DNA of 57,330 nt from NCBI GenBank assembly GCA_051652765.1, contig JBOFUV010000086.1, positions 1 through 57,330 on the forward strand, given 5' to 3'. A model generated the notes under the pieces. It was given only the letters and a program-made list of their open reading frames with translations. It was not told the DNA's origin and ran no database searches. This document shows, piece after piece, positions 40,946 through 51,519 of the stretch; positions within the stretch are counted from its first letter, which is position 1; the number at the start of each line of letters is the position of its first letter. A program made the position numbers and the translations under genes. This stretch comes from Microcoleaceae cyanobacterium (GTDB lineage Bacteria; Cyanobacteriota; Cyanobacteriia; Cyanobacteriales; Microcoleaceae).

Positions 40946-42493
40946 ATGGTGCGTCTGGCCCTGTTGAGTGTGTCGGATAAAACTGGACTCGTAGACTTTG
41001 CTAGAACTTTAGCGACAGAGTTTGAGTTTGAATTTGTCAGCAGTGGCGGAACGGCCAAAACCTTGCAGGAAGCTGGATTGCCCGTTACCAAAGTCTCCGA
41101 CTACACCGGATCACCTGAAATTCTGGGGGGACGAGTCAAAACCCTGCATCCTCGGATTCATGGTGGCATTCTGGCGCGGCGAGATGTGGATCAAGACCTG
41201 GCTGAACTGGACGTGAACAACATCCGTCCCATTGATCTCGTGGTAGTCAACCTTTACCCCTTTGAGCAAACCATTGTTCAGGACGGCGTTACCCTAGCAA
41301 ACGCAATTGAACAAATTGACATTGGTGGCCCAGCGTTACTCAGGGCCACAGCCAAGAACTATGCTCACGTAACTGTTCTGTGCTACCATACCCAATATTC
41401 AAGTTACTTACAAGAATTACAGGAAAACAGTGGAGATGTGACCTTCCACTTCCGTCAAGCCTGTTCCTTGAAAGCCTTTCAACACACAGCAGCCTATGAT
41501 CAGGCGATTGCAACGTATCTCACCCAACAACTCACTGCCGAACCGACCGATCTCCCCCAAACCTATCATTTAACCGGAACCCAGCGGCAAGCCCTGCGCT
41601 ACGGGGAAAATCCCCATCAACCTGCGGCCTGGTATCAGACCGGAGCCATTGCAACGGGGTGGGCTGTCGGGGAGATTTTGCAAGGGAAGCCCCTGAGTTA
41701 CAACAATTTAGTGGATCTAGAAGCCGCTCGACGAATCATTGCCGAATTTACCGATGAACCTGCGGCGGCAATTTTGAAACATACGAATCCTTGCGGGGTT
41801 GCCCTAGCAGATACGTTGTCAGCAGCCTACGAAAAAGCGTTTACTGCCGATTCGGTTTCGGCGTTTGGCGGCATTGTGGCTTTCAATCGAGAGCTTGATG
41901 CTCCCACGGCAACTGCCCTGACTCAGACTTTTTTAGAATGTATTGTGGCTCCGGGTTGTGATCCTGAAGCTGAAGCGATTCTCAAGAAAAAATCGAAGCT
42001 GCGGGTGTTGATTTTGCCAGATTTAACGATTCAAGTTCCTGAAACGGTGAAGGCGATCGCCGGGGGATTTTTAGTGCAGAAATCAGATGAGCAACCTGAC
42101 CCGATTGAAGACTGGCAAGTGGTAACTGAAAAGCAACCTACGGCTGAAGAATGGGCTGAATTAACCTTTGCCTGGAAAGTCGCAAAACATGTAAAATCTA
42201 ATGCCATTGTTGTGACTAAAAATCGCACAACATTGGGCGTTGGAGCCGGACAAATGAATCGAGTCGGTTCAGTAAAAATTGCCCTGGAACAAGCCGCAGA
42301 CCAAGCTCAAGGGGCAACATTAGCCAGTGATGGTTTTTTCCCATTTGATGACTCGGTGAAAACGGCGGGGGCAGCAGGAATTACTGCCGTTATTCAACCT
42401 GGGGGGAGTCTGCGAGACGAAGATTCGATTAAGGCAGCGAACACCTTAGGATTGGTGATGATCCTGACTGGAATTCGCCATTTCCTTCATTAG
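40946..42493 (+). CDS. purH: bifunctional AICAR transformylase / IMP cyclohydrolase
   Basis: ALLSVSDKTG, GRVKTLHP, IDIGGP, LRYGENPHQ, ASDGFFPF, GIRHFLH. Confidence 0.99.
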   Translation: MVRLALLSVSDKTGLVDFARTLATEFEFEFVSSGGTAKTLQEAGLPVTKVSDYTGSPEILGGRVKTLHPRIHGGILARRDVDQDLAELDVNNIRPIDLVVVNLYPFEQTIVQDGVTLANAIEQIDIGGPALLRATAKNYAHVTVLCYHTQYSSYLQELQENSGDVTFHFRQACSLKAFQHTAAYDQAIATYLTQQLTAEPTDLPQTYHLTGTQRQALRYGENPHQPAAWYQTGAIATGWAVGEILQGKPLSYNNLVDLEAARRIIAEFTDEPAAAILKHTNPCGVALADTLSAAYEKAFTADSVSAFGGIVAFNRELDAPTATALTQTFLECIVAPGCDPEAEAILKKKSKLRVLILPDLTIQVPETVKAIAGGFLVQKSDEQPDPIEDWQVVTEKQPTAEEWAELTFAWKVAKHVKSNAIVVTKNRTTLGVGAGQMNRVGSVKIALEQAADQAQGATLASDGFFPFDDSVKTAGAAGITAVIQPGGSLRDEDSIKAANTLGLVMILTGIRHFLH

Positions 42494-42674
42494 AATCCGG
42501 CTATTTTATCCCAAAGTTACGGGTATTAGTGGGGGCCTAGTCTAGCGCCTAGTCCGGCTCCGGCTTCAATCACGGCCAAGGGATTACTTCCAACCGCAAG
42601 GATTAAATCTGATCCGGAGGGAAAAGAAGATGTAATTGACTCTCAGGAAATTACTTAAGCCTTCCTCGCCCATT

Positions 42675-44987
42675 CTAGCCTGGAGGATCAATTTTTAGCT
42701 GACGTTTGACTTCATCAGATAAACCGGGGTTATTGCCAAATTTTGCACTTTTAACAATCGCTTCAAGTAGATTACTGCCAAACAAATTTGCTCCTCTTAA
42801 ATTAGTGTTGACCAGATTAGTCTGGCTGAGATTGGTGTGGCGAATTTGAGCATAGGCTAAATTGGCATCTTTCAAGTTCGCTTGAGTCAGATTCACCCGA
42901 GTCAAATCTGCATACCGAATATTTGCTCCACAGAGGCTACTGTGACCTAAATTGGCATGACGGAACACAACTGAACTCAAATTTGCCTGATCCAAAATTG
43001 CATGTTCCAACACTGCCCAGTTCAGATTGGCATCGGCAAGATTGGCATCTTTCAAACTTGAATAACTCAGCTCCGCCCGATAGAGATTGGCATGGCTCAA
43101 GTTTGCTTGGTTCAGTTTAGCTTGCTTTAAATTTGCCCCGCTCAGATCCACCCCACTCAAATTTGCCCCAGTCAAATTTGCCTCACTCAAATTTGCCCCC
43201 TTCAGATCTGCATAACTAAGATTGACATGACTCAGATCGGCTTGACTGAGATTAGCTCTCTGCAAATTGCTATAGTACAAATTTGCCTGATTTAAACTGG
43301 CTCCCTCAAGGCTTGCTGATTTCAAATTTGCGTGGCTCAAATTTGCTTGATAGAGTTTAGCCAGATCAAGTTTGGCGCTTTCTAGATTTGCTTTTGTTAG
43401 GTTGGCTTGTCGTAGATCGGAGCGCCGTAAATCAGTTCCAATTAAAATCGCTTCATTTAAGTTGGCATAATTCAAGTTTACAATCAGCAATTTTGATTCA
43501 TTCAAGGTTACGCCAGTCAAATTTGCCCCGCTTAAGTTTGCTAATCTTAAGTCAATTTCACTCAGGTCAATCCCTCGTAAATCACTGTCTCGTAAGTCGG
43601 CTCCTCGTAAATCCAGGCTTCTAATATTAGTCCTGGTTAGATCTGCTTTCCTTAAATCTAGACCCTTTGACTGGGCAAACAAACGGTAAGGACTTGAACT
43701 ACTGTTGTTCAGAAAATCAGTTGCAGATTCTTCCTCTCTCACTCTAACCAAATGATATTGAACATTCTCTGTAAAAATTGTGAAGACCAGATTGAAAACT
43801 TCTAAAAAATAGATCAATGGTTTGCAGTGTTCTTCATCATAGTCCTGGTAATATTCGATCAGCTTAGAAACACAAAGGTCAAGGTGAGTGCGAGTTGAAT
43901 TGCTAATCAATACAACTTTAAGCAGAAGAATAACCAAGGTTAAAGCATTGCCAGCAGCCATGAAAGCGGTGAATGTGGGAGATGGAGTCTCCCGATCCTC
44001 GGTGGTGAGAACTTCTATAATCCGATTGCAGGTTCGGAGAATTAAGCCTTTTGTAACATCCTGAGCGTCATGGGACTTATAGAGCGAGTCTAACCGTTGA
44101 CAAACCTGCTCCCTGAGAGTTCGAATGGGATTTTGATTGCTGACATGAACCATTAAATACTGTGGGAGGCTTTGCTTAAATTCCTGATAGGACAAAGATT
44201 GGGTTTCTTTTAGAAAGATCTTGGCTTGATCACTGTAGTTTGAGAGTCTTTGGCTTGAAATTGTACGTTTAATTAAATTAAGAACATCATCTCCAAGCTG
44301 GGTAGGATTTGATTGTTTTTTGATTGAAGACTTAGAAGATTCGGAGCGGGCAATATACATTGCCAAGTCAAACTTGTACTTATCTTTTAGCTGTTTGGAT
44401 AGATTACGGGCAAATTCTTTTTGTTCATCTGAGACCCCTGGATCATTAAACTGAGGAACTAACAAATAAGAGGTATAACGGCTACTCCAGCTAGTCCTAG
44501 GAGCGATCGCGCATTGTTGAATCTCCTGATAATCTGGGCCATCAAGAAACTTGAGCAATCGGGTTCTGAGCAAATTTAAAGTCGGATTAACCGCAATGCT
44601 GTCGTCTTCTTTTTCCTGATTGAGTCGGTTGACTAAATGTTGAATGAACGGATGCTGTCGGTTGATGTACCAGTTGTTGATCAAAACATAGCAAAGACGT
44701 TTCAAGGTCGTGCTAAACTCAGCCTCATTTCCCTTGTCCAAGAGATAGAGCAAAGCCTCATAAACCTCTTCGTTTGTATCCGTTGATTGGAGATGTAGAA
44801 AAAGCTCCTCGAAGTCGATTAAAACCTCTTGAGGAAGCTTATGCTTCACCGCTTTAATAAAAAAGTCGTAGATAAAGTTTTGTGCAGCTTCAGTACTCTC
44901 AAAGGAGTAACTTTCCATAGTAGGAATTCCTACTTGATTTGTAGAATGAACATGCCCATTTGCCATATTTTCTGAGAATGATCTCAA
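42675..44987 (-). CDS. uncharacterised N-terminal domain fused to a pentapeptide-repeat solenoid
   Basis: about 430-aa helical N-terminal region followed by about 310 aa of A(D/N)LXX repeats. Confidence 0.9.
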   Translation of the reverse strand: MRSFSENMANGHVHSTNQVGIPTMESYSFESTEAAQNFIYDFFIKAVKHKLPQEVLIDFEELFLHLQSTDTNEEVYEALLYLLDKGNEAEFSTTLKRLCYVLINNWYINRQHPFIQHLVNRLNQEKEDDSIAVNPTLNLLRTRLLKFLDGPDYQEIQQCAIAPRTSWSSRYTSYLLVPQFNDPGVSDEQKEFARNLSKQLKDKYKFDLAMYIARSESSKSSIKKQSNPTQLGDDVLNLIKRTISSQRLSNYSDQAKIFLKETQSLSYQEFKQSLPQYLMVHVSNQNPIRTLREQVCQRLDSLYKSHDAQDVTKGLILRTCNRIIEVLTTEDRETPSPTFTAFMAAGNALTLVILLLKVVLISNSTRTHLDLCVSKLIEYYQDYDEEHCKPLIYFLEVFNLVFTIFTENVQYHLVRVREEESATDFLNNSSSSPYRLFAQSKGLDLRKADLTRTNIRSLDLRGADLRDSDLRGIDLSEIDLRLANLSGANLTGVTLNESKLLIVNLNYANLNEAILIGTDLRRSDLRQANLTKANLESAKLDLAKLYQANLSHANLKSASLEGASLNQANLYYSNLQRANLSQADLSHVNLSYADLKGANLSEANLTGANLSGVDLSGANLKQAKLNQANLSHANLYRAELSYSSLKDANLADANLNWAVLEHAILDQANLSSVVFRHANLGHSSLCGANIRYADLTRVNLTQANLKDANLAYAQIRHTNLSQTNLVNTNLRGANLFGSNLLEAIVKSAKFGNNPGLSDEVKRQLKIDPPG

Positions 44988-45118
44988 GGATTTATCCCTA
45001 AAAAAGGGCTAATTGCTGAGCCAAGAACAAAAAGATAGAAAACAATAATTCAGTTGACGGCGTAGTCTTGTCTATTATACTCACTCATTGAGGAGATGTA
45101 AGATCTTCTGGCCTATCC

Positions 45119-46624
45119 CTAAAAGCTACGACCTGCACCGCCACCTCCACTTGTACCTCCTCCAAAGCTGCCTCCACCACTACTAAATCCGCCACCTCCA
45201 CCGCCAAACCCGCCGCCACCACTAAATCCGCCACCGCGCCCATATCCCGATCCTGTCCCAACGTAAATTGTACGGGATGCAGGGAGCCGGGGGATCACCT
45301 GAACATTCTCTGTGTTGTAGGAACAACAACGGCAACTATCTGTAACCAAGCGCTTACCATTGAGGTAGTGAGTCGGTTGCCTAATAATCCGAGATTTTCG
45401 AGTCACCGTTAGTTCCTGACCTGTAGGACAATAGCCAACCCCAGCTTCGCTCAAAACATAAGCCACCAACTGAACTCCGGGACGAGCCAGACCAGAACTC
45501 GTCTTAAAGTCTTCAGGGATAGAGTCCTTACTCTGAACGCTCTTAACCGCTTCATCCATCATCTTTGCAGGATGACAATGAGGGCACAATAGTCCATCAA
45601 ATGACACAGTCTCTAGACGTTGAGCACCTCGCTCGTGATCGGTTAACAGGGTATACACCTTTTGGGAAGATAGAGGCTCCAGTGGATTCTGACAATCTTG
45701 ACAGACATAATGACAGCGGAGACGACCGTCTTTCAGCTTTTTAAAAAAGGCTTGTTCCAAGGCCCAAGCCATTGGAATCGCCAGAAAAATACCGAGAATA
45801 AAGATAAAAATAATTAGGAACAGATCAATCAAAATCCCTACAGCCAAACAAGCAATTAACCCTAAAATTACAATAAATAGGCAGGATGCTAGTCTCAACT
45901 GAAACAAATATCCTTCAGTTCCTAGGCGATACTCTTGTCCTTTCAAGCGAGTATATCCTGTTGGTTTTAGTGTCCGAGATGCTGACTGTTTAGAGGCAGA
46001 AAATAAACTAAAAATTGATCCGGCTGCAGCGACTGGAATGAGAAAATCCAAGCTATTTTCTGCTGGATTGGCAGTAGACACAGGGCCAAAAGATTCAGTT
46101 TCCAGGGCTTGAGTCAAGGCAACGGTTCCTGCAAAAATTCCGGCTTCATAATTTTTTTGTTGAAACTGAGGAATCACTTGTTCATCTAGAATCCGACCAA
46201 CTTTTGCATCATTTAAAACCCCTTCGACTCCATATCCCGTTTCAATCTCAACCCGGCCATCATTAATTGAAATCAGAAATAGTACGCCGTTATCTTGGCC
46301 TGCTTTCCCAATCCCCCAATTATTTAAAAGCTCAGTGGCGAATTCCTGGGGAGAATCAGGTTGAGTCGATGGCACTGTAACCACGGCAATTTCCGAGCCA
46401 TTTTCTGCCGCTAGTTCAGATAGGATTTGATTCAGTTTGGCCTCAGTTTCATTACTGAGTAAGTTTGCTGTATCGGCGACCCATCCCCCATTAATCTCGC
46501 GGGGATTAGGAATGTCTTGAACTGTAAGGGCGTGACTCAAAACAGGTATGAATAACAACAGACTCAAACCTAGGAGGACAGCCCAAATCATTCGTCGGGA
46601 ATTGAGAAAGACAGTTGCAATCAT
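45119..46624 (-). CDS. TPM domain (DUF477) membrane protein with Cys clusters and Gly-rich tail
   Basis: WVADTANLLS, IAVVTV, WGIGK..QDNGVLFL, IETGYGVEG; CQDC/CPHC/CRCC; FGGGTSGGGGAGRSF end. Confidence 0.92.
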   Translation of the reverse strand: MIATVFLNSRRMIWAVLLGLSLLLFIPVLSHALTVQDIPNPREINGGWVADTANLLSNETEAKLNQILSELAAENGSEIAVVTVPSTQPDSPQEFATELLNNWGIGKAGQDNGVLFLISINDGRVEIETGYGVEGVLNDAKVGRILDEQVIPQFQQKNYEAGIFAGTVALTQALETESFGPVSTANPAENSLDFLIPVAAAGSIFSLFSASKQSASRTLKPTGYTRLKGQEYRLGTEGYLFQLRLASCLFIVILGLIACLAVGILIDLFLIIFIFILGIFLAIPMAWALEQAFFKKLKDGRLRCHYVCQDCQNPLEPLSSQKVYTLLTDHERGAQRLETVSFDGLLCPHCHPAKMMDEAVKSVQSKDSIPEDFKTSSGLARPGVQLVAYVLSEAGVGYCPTGQELTVTRKSRIIRQPTHYLNGKRLVTDSCRCCSYNTENVQVIPRLPASRTIYVGTGSGYGRGGGFSGGGGFGGGGGGFSSGGGSFGGGTSGGGGAGRSF

Positions 46625-46893
46625 CTAGACTTCCTTAAGTTAATTTAAAATGCAATCATTACCTGCTATGATGGCCGCAGAATTAAGGGTTTTTAAAAAA
46701 GACCTCCTAATTCTATCATCATCTCTGTTTGACACTGTAAGAGTTAAGAACCAATGGTTTATTAATCTTGATAGAGTGATGTGACTGGGTGTTGAGCTTG
46801 CAAGACTAACACTCTTCAGCTAACTCGATCAAAGGGTTGTTAGGTTTTTTGGCATTGGCCCAACCTACGAAACCAGTTGAGACAAACTACCCG

Positions 46894-46968
46894 GTTCAGA
46901 ACAGTTACATTCAGAGCAGTCACAGTCAAAAAAGTTACGTTCAGAAAAGTTACGTTCAGAAAAGTCGG
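46894..46968. repeat. 15-bp tandem repeat x5
   Basis: consensus GTTCAGAAAAGTTAC, immediately upstream of the lemA ATG. Confidence 0.85.
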
Positions 46969-46978
46969 ATTAATTGTT

Positions 46979-47758
46979 ATGAGTCAAGTTGATCCAAAAA
47001 TTCCAGAAGAAATGGCTGACGACGTACTTGCGATCGCCTCTCGATTGTATGCTGAGGCCAGTGATAGTTACTCCGTTCAAGAGCTGCAAGCGGCTGGGAA
47101 GGAAGTGTCTATTCCTCCTGAGTTGATTGAACAGGCCATTCGGGAAGTCAAAGAAAAGCGTCGGCAAGCAGAGCTAGACCAACAACAGGCTGCGGAACGC
47201 CAGCGAACCTTTAAATGGATTGGGATTGGGGTTGGAACTGCTGCAATCCTCTGGGGAATTTTCAGCTACAATTCATTGTCTAGTTCCCGCCAGGACGTTA
47301 ATGCGGCTTGGGCCGAGATCGACAATCAACTCCAGCGTCGGGCTGATCTGATCCCCAACTTGGCCGCAACTGCTAAAGTTCAAGCTCAGCAGGAACAGCA
47401 ACTCGTAAACTCCCTTTCCCAAGCCAGAGCAGGCTATCTCAACTCCAATTCTCCGGAAGAGAAAATTCAAGCTTCTGTCCAGATGGACGCAGCCATTCAA
47501 CAATTTAGTCAATCTGTATTAGCCAATCCTCAACAGCCCGTCTCCCAAGCGTTTGTCGGGTTGCAAGATGAACTCGCCGGAACTCAAAATCGCATTTCAG
47601 TTGCCAAAAGACGCTACAACGAGGCTGTCCGAAACCATAACGAAACCCTAAACTCTTTTCCGAACTCAATCATTGGCTCTATCTTTGGTTTCGAGGAGAA
47701 ACAGTCCATCGAAGCCAAGAATAGAGAGAATCCAAATGTTAAAGAGTTGCTCAAGTAA
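46979..47758 (+). CDS. lemA: LemA family protein with N-terminal extension
   Basis: SYNSL, AWAEIDNQLQRRADLIPNL, LQDELAGTQNRISVAKRRYN, FPNSIIG; ATG 46979. Confidence 0.9.
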   Translation: MSQVDPKIPEEMADDVLAIASRLYAEASDSYSVQELQAAGKEVSIPPELIEQAIREVKEKRRQAELDQQQAAERQRTFKWIGIGVGTAAILWGIFSYNSLSSSRQDVNAAWAEIDNQLQRRADLIPNLAATAKVQAQQEQQLVNSLSQARAGYLNSNSPEEKIQASVQMDAAIQQFSQSVLANPQQPVSQAFVGLQDELAGTQNRISVAKRRYNEAVRNHNETLNSFPNSIIGSIFGFEEKQSIEAKNRENPNVKELLK

Positions 47759-47822
47759 GTAGCTGAGATGTTTCTCACTGATTTAAAAACCGCTATATAG
47801 TCATTTCAGTTGTTCATTCTAG

Positions 47823-49196
47823 TTATTCATTCATGGTCTTGTAAGTTGACACAGCAGAGGGCGAACTGCGGTTGAGATAACGGAAAATCCAGTATTTAAA
47901 TACGGCATCTAAGATTACAGGAAAGGTCGCAATAAATAGGAAGTTAAAGTCTCGATTCTCAGGCAGTCCAAAATGCCTTGAAATACTCTCCAAAATAACT
48001 TCCCATCCATGGGGAGAGTGAAATCCTACGAACATATCTGTCAGTAAGATAATAATAAATGCCTTAGCACTGTCACTCAATCCATAAATCAAGTCACCCA
48101 GGAAAGATTTCAGGATTTCCACCTCTTGTTTATTGGTATAGATAATGATTCCAAATGCAGCAATAGAAAGTAGATCCGCAAATACATTCTCAATGGCTCC
48201 AGATCCAGTCATTCTATATTTCTCAGCTAGCTCATTTGCCTTTTGTTTGACTTCCTCTTCAAACTCTTCACCGGTTAGTTTGGGTGATGTACCAATCATC
48301 TGCTGAAATTTCAAACGCTCTTCATATCGATGCAATTCCATAAAGGCTTTTTCCTCCATATCAATGTTCAAAAAGATAGGAGACTGATCTGCTTTCAAAA
48401 CATGATCAATAATTGGCCCAATGACAAAATTTTTGGCCAACTGTTGGGTGAGTAATGGCACTAAAATAAGGAGTAAAATAAATCGGACAGAAATAACTGT
48501 TTTAATTTTTGACTTTCGATAGTTTTTGAGAACTTCTTCCTCGGATTCTGGATTTAGTTCTCGCTGGATTCGACCTATTGTTCTCAACAATGAACGCGGC
48601 AGAAAGCTGGTATCAGACCCAGAGGTTAAATCATCCTGAAGTGTCTTGTTGAGGTTCACAGTTTTTTTGGAAGGAACACTAGAACCAACTTTGGGTTGAG
48701 CAATCTTAGTAAGATCAACTTGGGTGGCGATCGCTGTAGTTGTAGTTTCAGAGACCTTGCTTGAAACGGTTGAATTAGGCGTGTATCTACTAACAACAGA
48801 ATCAATGTAATCCAGCTTTCCGCAAACTACAAAAATCTGCTGAGGTTGTTCAGTTTGGCTAGAAATCCCATCGAAAGTAACCTTGCCATTCAGGTCGGCA
48901 GGGTTAACTTGTTCGGGCAATCCAACCATAGAACGACTGGCATTGAATTCTGCTAGACGCGCTTGAATAACACCAAGATGTTTTTTAAGTTCAGCATTAA
49001 AATAAGATTTAATGCGATCGCTATATTGAAAAGATTCATCCCCGATTTTCTTACCATTAAAATGCTCATTTTCTAGGGCCTTAATTTTTGAGGCCGCATC
49101 ATAAGCTTGCTCTAACGCTCTTTCTGGTGTACCCCTAAACCAGCGGTTCGAAGTTCGCCAGAATCGTCTGACCTGAGTCCAAGTTGAGATAATCAT
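47823..49196 (-). CDS. pxcA: proton extrusion protein PxcA (CemA family)
   Basis: TPERALEQAY, LPRSLLRT, GLSDSAKAFIIIL.TDMFVGFHSPHGWE, FIATFPVILD. Confidence 0.97.
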   Translation of the reverse strand: MIISTWTQVRRFWRTSNRWFRGTPERALEQAYDAASKIKALENEHFNGKKIGDESFQYSDRIKSYFNAELKKHLGVIQARLAEFNASRSMVGLPEQVNPADLNGKVTFDGISSQTEQPQQIFVVCGKLDYIDSVVSRYTPNSTVSSKVSETTTTAIATQVDLTKIAQPKVGSSVPSKKTVNLNKTLQDDLTSGSDTSFLPRSLLRTIGRIQRELNPESEEEVLKNYRKSKIKTVISVRFILLLILVPLLTQQLAKNFVIGPIIDHVLKADQSPIFLNIDMEEKAFMELHRYEERLKFQQMIGTSPKLTGEEFEEEVKQKANELAEKYRMTGSGAIENVFADLLSIAAFGIIIYTNKQEVEILKSFLGDLIYGLSDSAKAFIIILLTDMFVGFHSPHGWEVILESISRHFGLPENRDFNFLFIATFPVILDAVFKYWIFRYLNRSSPSAVSTYKTMNE

Positions 49197-49293
49197 GATT
49201 CAGTCTCTTGGAGAACAGAAGTGTAAGAAGTGAGGGTAAAATCTGTAAAAATGTTAACGTACGAGGTATCTTAACAAATTTATTCAGACTATT

Positions 49294-51519
49294 GTGTCTT
49301 TAGCGTCACTGTGGATTACGGGTAAAACTCGAAGTGGTAAAACAGCCCGTTTAATTGAACAGATGAACTCATGGGGTCAGGCTCAATCGCTTCGATCTGT
49401 GCCTCATCCTTTGCAGTCTGAACCCTTGGAAAAGCAGCAACTTTTAGATCTTGGATTACAGAACTCAACTCTAGTTTTTGCAGCCAATAGTGACAACCGA
49501 TTGAAGTTGGTCGATCAGATTAGTGGGACAACTCAAGGCCAATCCGTCTTTCGTTCAACAACCCCATTCGCTTTTTTTGAAGACGAAGTCCTGTTATTTT
49601 GGCCGCTTTTAGTGGAGGCCCTGGGTCTGACAACTCGCCTGCCCATGAGACTTCGGCCTGAAATGGAACAGGAACTAGCCACCCGCCTTTGGAGCCCTGA
49701 GCTGGAGTCAGGTCAATTGAGTCGTGCCGGGGTGAATCCGGATCGGATGGTGCGTCAAGGGCTAGATATTTTTCAACTGGCTGCCCTCAGCGGTACGCCC
49801 CTCGCGCAAATCTCAGAGATTCTGGAGCGGGGATTTTCGCCCCTAGAGCAGTCCAATGGCTTTTCTTCTCTGCTCAGCCAGGTGTTGCTGCGGTGGCGAA
49901 GCTGGTGTCTCGACCAGGGATTTTTGACCTATGGGTTAATTGCGGAACTCTATGGGCAACATTTGCTGCCTCAATCAGTGTATCAAGATCACTTGATCCG
50001 TCGATATTCTATGGTCTTGGCCGATGATGTAGATGAATATCCCGCGATCGCCCGTTCTGTATTCGAGTTGTTCTTGAGTCGAGGCACCCGAGTTGTATTC
50101 ACCTATAACCCTGATGGAGCCGTTCGTTTAGGATTAGGGGCCGATCCACAATATCTGGAAGCTTTGCAGTGGCACTGTCAATCGGAAGTCTTGCTCGACT
50201 CGCAAAATGGATTTGCCCCAGCCCTGGCTGAACCGATAACAGAGTTGGTTTTGAGTGCTAGTCCCGGATTTGTGGATTTGTCCATGGCAACCGGAGATAT
50301 TCGCTCCATTCAAACTGTTTCTCGAGCCAATCTTCTGCGTCGTATTGCTGCAGAGGTTGTCTCTGGGATCAAGTCAGGCCAGGTTAATCCCGAGGATATT
50401 GCCGTGATTGGCCCTGGACTAGATGCGATCGCCCGTTACACCCTGCGGCAGATTTTCACCTATGAAGGCATTGCGGTAGAGTCGGTGAATGAACAGCGCC
50501 CCCTGGCGAGTTCTCCAATGATTCGGGCTTTGCTCACGGTGCTAACTCTGGTCTATCCCGGCTTAGGTCGTTTGGTCGATCGAGATGCTGTGGCTGAGAT
50601 GTTAGTTGTTCTGAGTCGGAGGTCAGAGTTCAGAGATCAGCCATTCACCCCACAGGAATTATATCCGCCTGATTGGGAACAAGATTCTGGGACAAACGTC
50701 AGGTCAACAGCATCTGTTCCTCCAACCCCTGCCCAATCGGCGATTGATCCGGTTCGAGCAGGATTGTTAACGGATCATTGTTTTGTGCCTGATTTAGACC
50801 ATCCTTGTCTACTCCCCGTCAATGCCTTTCCCCGTTGGGATCGATTGGGTTATCAGACGACTGAAGCATACCAACAGATCCGGCAATGGCTGGAAACTCA
50901 GCGATCGCAGCAACAGCAGCGATTGTTACCCAATCCAGTCTCCTTGCTAGATCGGGCGATTCAACGATTTTTTGTCAACGGACAATCCCTGGGGTCTGAT
51001 CAACTAGTAGCGTTGCGAGAATTGATTGAAACTGCAATTCACTATTGGGACGTAGAAAGCCGCCTGCACCAAAGCAGTATGCCTGAATCTTCCCCAGAGA
51101 CAGTTCGGCAGTTTATTCAGCTCTTGCGACGGGGAATCGTGACGGCGAATCCCTACCCTGTTTCTCCCCTAAATCCCCCTGAGTCTGCTGTTACTTTGGC
51201 CACCCTGTTCCAATATCGCGCCAACCGTCGATCCCATCGTTGGCAGTTTTGGCTGGATGTCGGGTCAGTTCTTTGGTTGAGCGGTGGAGCTAGCGATTTG
51301 TGGGGAGCATCCCTGTTTCTGCAAAGCCAACTCGGTCAACCCTGGACGATTGAGGATCAAACCGCAGCAGATTTGCAACGACTACGCCGAGTGCTGCTAG
51401 ATTTATTGGGTCGTGTCAGCGATCGCCTGTATCTCTGTCACAGTGACCTTGCGGTCAGTGGCCAGGAACAACTCGGCCCGTTGTTGCCTTTGGTCTATAG
51501 CTGTGGCCATTCAATCTAA
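49294..51519 (+). CDS. conserved cyanobacterial P-loop / SF1-helicase-like protein
   Basis: GKTRSGKT Walker A, LADDVDEY Walker-B-like, IAVIGPGLD, WQFWLD. Confidence 0.8.
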   Translation: MSLASLWITGKTRSGKTARLIEQMNSWGQAQSLRSVPHPLQSEPLEKQQLLDLGLQNSTLVFAANSDNRLKLVDQISGTTQGQSVFRSTTPFAFFEDEVLLFWPLLVEALGLTTRLPMRLRPEMEQELATRLWSPELESGQLSRAGVNPDRMVRQGLDIFQLAALSGTPLAQISEILERGFSPLEQSNGFSSLLSQVLLRWRSWCLDQGFLTYGLIAELYGQHLLPQSVYQDHLIRRYSMVLADDVDEYPAIARSVFELFLSRGTRVVFTYNPDGAVRLGLGADPQYLEALQWHCQSEVLLDSQNGFAPALAEPITELVLSASPGFVDLSMATGDIRSIQTVSRANLLRRIAAEVVSGIKSGQVNPEDIAVIGPGLDAIARYTLRQIFTYEGIAVESVNEQRPLASSPMIRALLTVLTLVYPGLGRLVDRDAVAEMLVVLSRRSEFRDQPFTPQELYPPDWEQDSGTNVRSTASVPPTPAQSAIDPVRAGLLTDHCFVPDLDHPCLLPVNAFPRWDRLGYQTTEAYQQIRQWLETQRSQQQQRLLPNPVSLLDRAIQRFFVNGQSLGSDQLVALRELIETAIHYWDVESRLHQSSMPESSPETVRQFIQLLRRGIVTANPYPVSPLNPPESAVTLATLFQYRANRRSHRWQFWLDVGSVLWLSGGASDLWGASLFLQSQLGQPWTIEDQTAADLQRLRRVLLDLLGRVSDRLYLCHSDLAVSGQEQLGPLLPLVYSCGHSI

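Noticed and set aside
46894..46968. possible CRISPR array
   Set aside because: 15-bp units abut with no spacers; no cas genes in the window
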